Source of the DNA: an uncultured Desulfatiglans sp.
Lineage (GTDB): Bacteria > Desulfobacterota > DSM-4660 > Desulfatiglandales > HGW-15
Length of the DNA stretch: 59,449 bases
Reading direction: 5' to 3'
Assembly (NCBI GenBank): GCA_964610475.1
Contig: CAZSZQ010000002.1
Span: forward strand, 1 to 59,449
The first letter of the stretch is position 1. Each line of letters opens with the position of its first letter. Both the position numbers and the translations under genes were made by a program. The notes under the pieces were generated by a model that saw only the letters and a list, made by a program, of their open reading frames with translations, had not been told where the DNA came from and made no database searches. Shown here piece after piece: positions 19,361 through 29,062 of the stretch.

Positions 19361-21685
19361 CTAATTCTTTTTTCTCCATATTACACCATCAGCCGTATCT
19401 GTTACTTCAACTCCTTTTATTTTCAGGAGTTCATCACGGATACGGTCAGATGTTTCCCAGTCCTTTGCCCTCCGTGCCTCTTCTCTTTTATTAATAAGTT
19501 CGATTACTTCCTTGTCGGATATGTTTGCTTCCAGATCAAATACCGCAATTATAGAATTTATTTCATTAAGGCATGCGATGATCTTTTGTCTGTCACTCAG
19601 AGAAAGGCCGCTGTTGTCCATGATAATGTTTAATTTATTCATAAATATAAATACCGCAGCAAGTGCAGGCGCAGTATTCAGGTCATCATCCATGAAATCA
19701 TTAAAGGTGCTCCTTAGATCATAAATATGCTGATCTATATCCAGATTGGATTCAGTTGTATTGCAGCCGTATAATCTCGCAATAAACTTATCCATATTTG
19801 AAAGGGTCTTTTTTGCTGTATCCAGTTTTTTCCATGAGAAACTCATCGGCTTTCTGTAGTGACTGCATAAAAGCCAGTATCTTATTTCTCTGCCGCTGTA
19901 TCCTTTTTTAAGTATACTTTTTATGTGATAGGACGAATCACTTACCTGAGATGACTTTTTACCATCTATCATCACAAGTTCGTTATGAAGCCAGTATCTG
20001 GCAGGGGATTTTCCTGTGACAGCTTTTCCTATGGCAATTGTATTTTCATGATGTGGAAATACAAGGTCTATTCCGCTTGTGTGGATATCATAGGTTTCAC
20101 CAAGATATTTCATAGACATCGCAGGGCATTCGAGGTGCCAGCTCGGTCTGATATTTCCCCACTTTGTCTGGTAAAAGATACCCTTTTTTAGCTCATTAAG
20201 TGTTGATCTTTTTAAAAGGGTAAAATCCCTGGGGTTATCCTTTTCATACTGTTCAAGATCAACTGTTTTACCGAGTTTTATCTTGTTAAGATCAATACGG
20301 CTGAGTTTGCCGTACTCCCTGAATCTGGCTATATTGAAATACAGTGACCTGAATTTTTCATATGCATATCCCTTTTCAAGGAGTTGACCGGCGAGCTCTA
20401 TCATATCATCAATATGTTCGGATGCCTTAGGGTATGCAGCAGCCCTTTTTATTCTTAAGATATCAAGGTCTTCCATGAATTCATTATAAAAGCCTTCCGT
20501 AAATTCCTTTAAGGGTTTTCCAGCCTTTTCGGCCCCCTGAATGGTTCTGTCATCAAGGTCGGTAACATTCAGTATATGGGTAACTTCAAACCCCTTTGTT
20601 TCGAGATAACGTCGCAGGAGGTCGGAAAAAACAAATCTCCTGCATTCACCTATATTAATGGGCTGGGCAAGGGTAGGGCCGCATGTATAAATCCTGACCC
20701 TGTTTTTATCAAGCGGGGTAAACTCCTCTTTTTTCCTGGTTACAGTATTATACAGGAGCTGGCCTGTTATTTTTTTATCTTCAAACAGGGCAGTACTGAG
20801 GTACCGTTCTCCACCGTCTGGAATAATAACAACGATAGTCCCCCTGTCCATTTCTTTCGCCACCCTTATTGCAGCAGCCATAGCAGCACCTGAACTCATG
20901 CCGCAGAAAATTCCCTCCTTTTTGGCAAGGAGCCGGGATGTCTGATATGCTTCTTCATCATCCACCCTTATAATACGGTCTACCCTGTTCTTGTCATATA
21001 TCCCAGGAGTATATGATTCCTTCATGTTTTTTAGCCCCTGTATCTTGTGACCAAGATAAGGTTCCATAGCTATTATCTGTATTTTACTGTCAAGTTCCTT
21101 TAACCGTCGCGATAATCCCATCAATGTTCCGCTGGTACCAAGGGATGCTACAACTGCATCTAATTCATGGTTGGTCTGTTCCCATATCTCCAGTGCAGTA
21201 CTGTTATAATGAGCCTTCCAGTTGGATTCATTATTGTACTGGTCAGCGAGCCAGTAATTTTCAGGCTCTTTCCTGATCAGGTCGTATACAAATTCTATAG
21301 CTCCATCCGTTGAAAGGTGTGGAGGTGTAAATTTGAGTTCCGCTCCCATGGCCCGGAGGATCTTTTTTCTCTCTTCGCTTACTGCTTCAGACATCACAAG
21401 CATAATCCTGTAACCTTTGACTGCCGCAACCATGGCAAGGCCTATACCCGTATTGCCGCTTGTGGCCTCAAGGATAGTCTTGTTTTTAGTCAGTTCGCCG
21501 TTTTTTTCGGCATCTTCAATCATTTGGAGTGCGGGGCGGTCTTTTACCGACCCGCCGGGGTTAAAGGATTCAAGCTTTGCCAGAATTTTAACATTTTTAT
21601 TGGGATTGAGCCTGTTAACGGGAATGACAGGTGTGTTTCCAATAAGATCAAGGATATTATCCGGTGTTTTATATACGTTATCCAT
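19361..21685 (-). CDS. fusion protein: intact CysK/CysM-type PLP cysteine synthase + full-length cysteinyl-tRNA synthetase-like body with degenerate HIGH and KMSKS motifs
   Basis: N-half has PLP lysine SVKDR, TSGNTG loop and GTSGT. C-half aligns to CysRS (YTCGPT, WHLECPAMSMKYLGETYDIHTSGIDLVFPHHEN, C-terminal EARRAKDWETSDRIRDEL). HIGH reads NIGE and KMSKS reads GKKSS. Confidence 0.8.
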   Translation of the reverse strand: MDNVYKTPDNILDLIGNTPVIPVNRLNPNKNVKILAKLESFNPGGSVKDRPALQMIEDAEKNGELTKNKTILEATSGNTGIGLAMVAAVKGYRIMLVMSEAVSEERKKILRAMGAELKFTPPHLSTDGAIEFVYDLIRKEPENYWLADQYNNESNWKAHYNSTALEIWEQTNHELDAVVASLGTSGTLMGLSRRLKELDSKIQIIAMEPYLGHKIQGLKNMKESYTPGIYDKNRVDRIIRVDDEEAYQTSRLLAKKEGIFCGMSSGAAMAAAIRVAKEMDRGTIVVIIPDGGERYLSTALFEDKKITGQLLYNTVTRKKEEFTPLDKNRVRIYTCGPTLAQPINIGECRRFVFSDLLRRYLETKGFEVTHILNVTDLDDRTIQGAEKAGKPLKEFTEGFYNEFMEDLDILRIKRAAAYPKASEHIDDMIELAGQLLEKGYAYEKFRSLYFNIARFREYGKLSRIDLNKIKLGKTVDLEQYEKDNPRDFTLLKRSTLNELKKGIFYQTKWGNIRPSWHLECPAMSMKYLGETYDIHTSGIDLVFPHHENTIAIGKAVTGKSPARYWLHNELVMIDGKKSSQVSDSSYHIKSILKKGYSGREIRYWLLCSHYRKPMSFSWKKLDTAKKTLSNMDKFIARLYGCNTTESNLDIDQHIYDLRSTFNDFMDDDLNTAPALAAVFIFMNKLNIIMDNSGLSLSDRQKIIACLNEINSIIAVFDLEANISDKEVIELINKREEARRAKDWETSDRIRDELLKIKGVEVTDTADGVIWRKKN

Positions 21686-21791
21686 TTTGAATATCTATTA
21701 ATAATATGAGTGTTCGGATTTTACAAACAGGTGAACGATAGTATTAAAATAATATGCCCTTTTCAACAGGTAAATTTTTTTACAAGATTAC

Positions 21792-21819
21792 TTGACAAAT
21801 TATTATTTGGAATTATGTT
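21792..21819 (+). promoter_or_regulatory. candidate sigma-70 promoter for groES-groEL
   Basis: TTGACA (21792-21797), 16-nt spacer, TATGTT (21814-21819). No CIRCE inverted repeat seen in the leader. Confidence 0.3.
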
Positions 21820-21997
21820 TGTGCAGTTTTAATCTCATCATTAACAGATGAAATTTCTTTAACATTTACAGCACATAAAAGGCGGGGACAGATCAGCAAA
21901 AAATGTGCCCGTGTTTTGAATAAAAGAATACGAAAAAGGAGGTATATTTCCTTTAATTTTTTCAAATTTACTAAATCTTTAAGGAGGAAAATTTAAT

Positions 21998-22285
21998 ATG
22001 AAAATCAGACCATTACACGATCGAGTAATAGTAAAAAGGATTAAAGAGGAAGAGACAACAAAGGGTGGTATCATAATACCTGATACCGCAAAGGAAAAAC
22101 CCTCTGAGGGAAAGGTAATTGCAGTAGGAAACGGCAAGATTCTTGAAAATGGTGAAGTCAAGGCACTTGAAGTCAAAAAGGGAGACAAGATTCTTTTTGG
22201 AAAATATGCCGGTACCGAAATCAAGATCGAGGGTGAAGAACACCTTATAATGCGCGAAGACGACATAATTGCTATTGTGGAATAG
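21998..22285 (+). CDS. groES: co-chaperonin GroES
   Basis: [14 protein letters not shown]...[13 protein letters not shown]; 95 aa; RBS aaggagg. Confidence 0.97.
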   Translation: MKIRPLHDRVIVKRIKEEETTKGGIIIPDTAKEKPSEGKVIAVGNGKILENGEVKALEVKKGDKILFGKYAGTEIKIEGEEHLIMREDDIIAIVE

Positions 22286-22311
22286 GAATAAAAATAAAAG
22301 AAGGAGATTAA

Positions 22312-23970
<1,659 letters not shown>

Positions 23971-24006
23971 GATCCTGTTCCATATTTTTAAAAGTAGTAA
24001 TTATAA

Positions 24007-24039
24007 GCTGTATCCGGTTTGCCGGATGCAGCTTTTTTT
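24007..24039 (+). terminator. rho-independent terminator after groEL
   Basis: Stem GCTGTATCCGG / CCGGATGCAGC (one G:T pair), loop TTTG, T7 tail. Confidence 0.75.
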
Positions 24040-24242
24040 ATGGCAACATCATGGATTTATTAAAGAAAATAAGACTCTTTTTTGAAATTGATACGTGATT
24101 TTTTCTGTTTGATGCAGCCTGATGGTTATGAGGTGCAGGATTCGGGTTATAACCTGACAGTGTGCTGTGTTGCGTTTTACATTTTTTAAATATGAAGATT
24201 TGAGGCCGGCGATTAAAATCGGTGTTCTTCTTTTATTACTTA

Positions 24243-24271
24243 TTGACACACAACGGTCTCCTTCATATACT
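24243..24271 (+). promoter_or_regulatory. near-consensus sigma-70 promoter for selenoprotein paralog 1
   Basis: TTGACA (24243-24248), exactly 17-nt spacer, TATACT (24266-24271). Confidence 0.55.
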
Positions 24272-24312
24272 GGGTTCTGAAGATAGAACAGTTATCAATT
24301 ATTTAACAACAT

Positions 24313-26040
24313 GTGAAATGGAGGCGCAAATTGACTAGAAAGATTTTTTCTATAATGTTAACTATTTTTTTCATTGCTGCCTGTTCGACACAAGATTCTA
24401 CGGAAAAAAATCCGGGAGTTTCAATACCAGTTGCTCCGCAAAATAAAATCAGTGTGTTGAATCCGACTCCGCCCAGTAAAATGGTTGATCGCATACCGCT
24501 TACACCAAGGCTCGATACGCTTGAAGGTAAGACGATATTCCTGGTGGATATCGGTTGGGGAGGTGCCCAGGCGGCTCCCAGCATTTATGAGGAAATGAAA
24601 GCCTGGTTTGGCCAGAATATGCCGAGTGTGAAGATAGAAATCCGAAAAATAAAGGGCTTTTACATGCAGGATCAGCCGGAACTCCTTAAGGAGATATCCG
24701 AAAAGGGTAATGCCGCCATGTTCGGCATTGCAGGCTGAGACAGCTGTACATCGGCCGTGAGCCGAAATTGTCAACAACTGGAACAGCAGTACAATATCCC
24801 CACTGTCGGGGGTTCTGCAGCCAATATTATCGATTATGCCATTAATTACAACTTCAAGTATACAAACGGATCACCTATCAGGTATATAGCCTTTCCTTTC
24901 CCGGTAGCGGGTCAGCCCCAATCTGTCCATCATAAATATATCTTTGAGAGCAATGATGTGGTAAGCGGTAAACCCATGATGCAGGCATTTATAGATGCAT
25001 TGACTGCTCCTCTTACCGAGAAAGAGAAATACAAAGGGCCGGTGCCTGAGGCTGAAATCGCACAAGAACCAGGCGAACCACACCTTATCGGGCCGGACAC
25101 CGAAGAGAACCTGCAACAGCTTTTCATAGATAAAGATTGGACAGACTATCTGCCGATTGTCCTTCCGACCGAGGAAAGGGTGGCAAAGATGCTTGAAGGC
25201 ACTACCCGCAAACCCGAAGAGGTTATAAAGGTATTGGACTGGCCCGGCGGCAGACGGGAGGTTACTGTAGAAAGGGTGGCAACATGCGCTGTTATGTCAG
25301 GAGCCAGGCCGGAACATCTTCCTGTAATCCTTGCACTGGCCAACCATATACCCTTTGGAAATTCAACCTCTTCCATGGCCAACATGATCCTGGTCAACGG
25401 TCCCATACGGGATGAAATAGGTATGAATTACGGCCACAACGTTATGGGACCCCATAATCTGGCCAACTCGGTTATAGGCCGCAGTTACACGATAATGTCA
25501 AAAACCATCGGTGGACTGCACAGTAAAAAGACAACCTGGAGCACCCTTGGGAGCACCATGCAGTACAACAATGTCTGCATCGCAGAAAATGAGGAGGCGC
25601 TGCCGGAAGGTTGGAAACCTTTTCACGTGCAGGCGGGGTTTAAACCAAATGATAGTGTTTTAACCGTGGCAACCGGGTGGTCATACATCTCATGCGTAAC
25701 AGAGGCCCAGAGGGAGTATCCGGTATATATGTGGATGGGCGACCTGATGAAAGCCCTTACTATGCCAAGACCCACGGTCATTATGGATCCTTCTGTTGCA
25801 AAACTTTTGAAGGATACCTATAAATATGATACCAAAGAGCAGCTTGCTAAGTGGTTTGCAGAAAATGTTGAAAAGATAAGGCAACCCTCAGGTGAGGTGA
25901 CGAAGCCCTTCCAGGAGGCATCAATTAATATAATCGTTACCGGTGGCGGCGGCCAGACAACATGGTTTGTGACGGATTTCGGGCTGAGCCGGAATATGGT
26001 TACGCAGGGAGGAAGTACACTCATAGACGACTGGAGGTAG
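24313..26040 (+). CDS. paralog 1: UxxC (UDSC) selenoprotein N-module fused to a conserved C-module of unknown function; predicted lipoprotein; TGA 24736-24738 read as Sec
   Basis: Track ORFs 24313-24738 and 24757-26040 share a frame, separated only by a TGA and 6 sense codons. The downstream piece has no SD. Likely true start is TTG 24331, 6 nt after GGAGG, giving MTRKIFSIMLTIFFIAAC (lipobox IAAC). Homologous along its length to 32997-34754. Confidence 0.8.
24741..24780 (+). promoter_or_regulatory. SECIS-like stem-loop downstream of UGA (paralog 1)
   Basis: Apical hairpin TCGGC-CGTGA-GCCGA (24751-24765) begins 12 nt after the UGA. Outer helix CAGCTGT (24741-24747) / ACAACTG (24774-24780) pairs 6 of 7. 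Confidence 0.6.
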
Positions 26041-26056
26041 TATAAAAAATAGGGTT

Positions 26057-26100
26057 CAAGGGCTGGAGTGAAAAACAGACTGCACAGCCCTTGCCCTTTT
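26057..26100 (+). terminator. candidate terminator between convergent genes
   Basis: 9-bp stem CAAGGGCTG / CAGCCCTTG with a 19-nt loop, followed by CCCTTTT. Confidence 0.4.
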
Positions 26101-26152
26101 GAAAGATTCACTGCCCTGGTATAAAAAACCGGAGAGGGGCATTTTAATAATT

Positions 26153-27115
26153 TTAGACAGCCTCAATTGTTGAAGGCGGTTTTGTAGCGATATTATATGT
26201 AACGCTAACAATACCGGGTACCTCACTTATTATATCGGCAGCAAGTTTTTCAAGCAGATCAAATGGAAGACGTGTGGGTGAGGCAGTACGGGCATCCACA
26301 CTGTTCCAGCATCTGACCTCTATCTGTTGCCCAAAATCGCGCTGTCCGTTGCGCATGCCGGTAACCCTGTCTTCATGAAGAATTCCCATATACTGAAAGG
26401 CCCCGGAGTTTTTCAGCCACTTTTCCACAACAGCTGTTGCTTTACGAACAGTCTCTATTCTCTCTGGTGTTGCCTCTCCTATAACCCTCGCTGCCAGGGC
26501 CGGTCCCGGAAAGGGGATGCGGTCAAAGAGTGCGGAAGGCAGGCCAAGAGCCTTCCCAATGATCCTGACACCGTCTTTACGCAGTTGTATCATCGGCTCA
26601 ATAATCCCGTAGCCGAATGATTCCATAGGATCTATTCCCAGCTGCTCAAAGACATTATGCTGACGCTTAATGCCTGCAACGGTTTCATCCACGTCCGTAA
26701 GAATTGTTCCCTGAAGAAGAAATTTTGCGCCGCTTTCTTTAACAATACGGCCAAAGACCTTCCTGTAAAAGGCTTCCCTGATAGCCTCCCTCTTTTGTTC
26801 AGGATCAGTTACTCCTCTGAGTTCTGAGAAGAATTCATCTCTTGCATCAATAACATCCACTCTGACACCGAGATCCCTGAAAAAGGCAACAACCTCCCCA
26901 GGTTCTCCCTGACGCATGAGGCCATTCTCAATAAAGACCGTCTTCAGTTTACTCCCCAGTGCCCGATGACCCAGCATCGTCACTGTGGATGAATCAACAC
27001 CCCCCGACAAAGCGTTTATTGCCATGCTGTCTCCAACAATCTCTTTGATTTCCTTTATCTTTGCCTCAATGAACTTTTCGGGGTTAATTTCCTGTACTTT
27101 GATTTCCTTGATCAT
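26153..27115 (-). CDS. stand-alone GMP synthase-type ATP pyrophosphatase (GuaA C-terminal/subunit B-like PP-loop protein), no GATase domain
   Basis: PP-loop SGGVDSS; dimerisation/C-terminal motif ATKPPSTIE; 320 aa. No glutamine amidotransferase domain is encoded adjacent. Confidence 0.75.
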   Translation of the reverse strand: MIKEIKVQEINPEKFIEAKIKEIKEIVGDSMAINALSGGVDSSTVTMLGHRALGSKLKTVFIENGLMRQGEPGEVVAFFRDLGVRVDVIDARDEFFSELRGVTDPEQKREAIREAFYRKVFGRIVKESGAKFLLQGTILTDVDETVAGIKRQHNVFEQLGIDPMESFGYGIIEPMIQLRKDGVRIIGKALGLPSALFDRIPFPGPALAARVIGEATPERIETVRKATAVVEKWLKNSGAFQYMGILHEDRVTGMRNGQRDFGQQIEVRCWNSVDARTASPTRLPFDLLEKLAADIISEVPGIVSVTYNIATKPPSTIEAV

Positions 27116-27759
27116 CCTTTACCCTCCCTTTCGGTGTACAGCATATTATTTGTTTTTTATAAAAATATCGTCCTATGCCTTGTTAATCGAGTTCCATCTG
27201 CAATAATTACTTTACTTGCGTGTTTTGCTACGATAACTATTTATTATGATGATGTAAAGTTTATTACACACAAGTAATGCCTCGGGCCAGTACATTTAGA
27301 CCAGGTGACATTACCCGGTTTGATCCTAACGCTCTTAAATCAGCATGGCTGCCCTGTATCTGTATTTTAAAACAAGGATGAAATATTCATAATGCCCATA
27401 AAGGAGTACATGGAATATTTCTATTCTCTTTTGATACGATGTGTATAGCCGCAGAAAGTTTATCAATGAAAAACTGCTTGATGAATGATGGGCCTGTTTT
27501 ACCAGGTTTTATGAAAACGACTCTGTTATATTTAATGTCTCCGTGTATTTTCACCAGGATGAAGCATATTATCAATCTAAAGGGGTAAAGTTTTAATAAA
27601 TAATTATAGCCAAAAAAAGGACATCTAATTCATTAGTGTGTCTTCTCCTTTGGCAATTTGTATCTTTCAGATCCCGGTTTTACTTACTATTATTACTCAC
27701 TGATGTTTATGAATGCATCAGCTTTTCGTCAGGTTTTTATTTGACTTTCAATGATCCTC

Positions 27760-27805
27760 TATACTAATTAATAATAGTATACTTCTATACATTACTATAG
27801 GTATA
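27760..27805 (+). promoter_or_regulatory. two tandem TATAC...GTATA inverted repeats (operator candidates) upstream of the dehydratase/ADP-forming ligase operon
   Basis: TATACT-N10-AGTATA at 27760-27781 and TATAC-N10-GTATA at 27786-27805. The same arms occur in the tetR promoter at 40393-40412. Confidence 0.35.
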
Positions 27806-27842
27806 AATCTTGAATTATTAGATCCTGCCAAAGAGGTAAGTT

Positions 27843-29015
27843 ATGACTGAAAAAAAGGTGGTGATGCCTGAAACGACAATCTCTCAGGAAATGATAGAGA
27901 ATATGCGCGCTAAACTGGGCCTTAAGTTAAGAGTTGACGATAGCACTCATAATGAGTACGCCACTCGAATGGCAATCCTGAAATTCACTGAAGGCATAGG
28001 AGATCCGAATCCTTTATGGACCGATGAAGAGTATGCAAATAAAAGCCGGTTTGGCAGTATCATCGCACCTCCGTCCTTCGTATGGGCATGTTTTGCTCAT
28101 GTAATGTTCGGGTGGAGAGGGCTTGGAGGTTTTCATGCAGGATGCGATGTGGAATTCATAAAGCCGATATTCATAGGTGACAAAATATCAGCAGAGTGTA
28201 TATTTAAAAGTTTTGATGGACCTAAAGAAAGCAGCTACGCTGATGAAACCGTAATAGATCATTTTGAGAATCAATATTGGAACCAAAATGGAGATTTGAT
28301 TGCAAGGTATCATTGGTGGGTAGTTCATTTTGCCAGGGGAAAAGCGCGGAAGAAAAAGAAGTTTACAGACCTTGAATTGCCACACCCGTGGACTGAGGAC
28401 CAATTACAGCAAATCGAGCAGGAAATTCTTTCTGAGAAAATCAGGGGTTCCAAACCTCGCTATTGGGAGGATGTTGAAATTGGCGATGAGTTTGGCCCGG
28501 TAATAAAGGGACCCCTTGGTGTAACTGATGAGATAGCTTATATCATTGGTGGCGGGGTACCTATTCCGAGATTGCAGGCCCATGGTGTTGCTCTGCAATC
28601 CTATAAAAAACACCCTGCCTGGATGTTCCGTGATCCTAATACCATGGGATACGAGCCGATCTTTGCTGTTCATTATAATAAATCAGCGGCAAACGCAATG
28701 GGGCTTCCACAGCCCTATGATATAGGTATGCAGAGGCATTGCTGGGGTGTACATTTAATAACAAACTGGATGGGAGATGATGCCTGGCTAAAGAGAAGTT
28801 ATACGGAATATAAAAAGTTTGTATATTTATCGGATGTGGTCCGGTTAAAAGGTAAAGTTGTAGACAAATTTATTGATGACGAAGGGGACTATTGCGTGCG
28901 TGTCGATAGATTTACCATAAATCAAAGGAATGAAAACGTGATGCCAGGTTATGCAATTGTTGCTCTTCCCTCAAAAATTGAAAAGTCGTCTCCCCTGGAT
29001 AGAAGAATAACTTAA
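27843..29015 (+). CDS. double hot-dog MaoC-like acyl dehydratase / enoyl-CoA hydratase
   Basis: 390 aa with an N-terminal MaoC-N-like segment (FTEGIGDPNPLWTDEEYA...IAPPSF) and a second hot-dog half. RBS aagagg. Family-level call only. Confidence 0.55.
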   Translation: MTEKKVVMPETTISQEMIENMRAKLGLKLRVDDSTHNEYATRMAILKFTEGIGDPNPLWTDEEYANKSRFGSIIAPPSFVWACFAHVMFGWRGLGGFHAGCDVEFIKPIFIGDKISAECIFKSFDGPKESSYADETVIDHFENQYWNQNGDLIARYHWWVVHFARGKARKKKKFTDLELPHPWTEDQLQQIEQEILSEKIRGSKPRYWEDVEIGDEFGPVIKGPLGVTDEIAYIIGGGVPIPRLQAHGVALQSYKKHPAWMFRDPNTMGYEPIFAVHYNKSAANAMGLPQPYDIGMQRHCWGVHLITNWMGDDAWLKRSYTEYKKFVYLSDVVRLKGKVVDKFIDDEGDYCVRVDRFTINQRNENVMPGYAIVALPSKIEKSSPLDRRIT

Positions 29016-29062
29016 TATAAGGTCTTTTTAATCAGACCAAAATAAATGTGAGGGTGATATTC

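Noticed and set aside
21686-21997. I looked for a CIRCE element (TTAGCACTC-N9-GAGTGCTAA) or a sigma-32 type promoter upstream of groES.
   Set aside because: Neither strand of the leader resembles the CIRCE inverted repeat, and no CTTGAAA/CCCCAT pair is visible. Only a sigma-70-like hexamer pair was seen.
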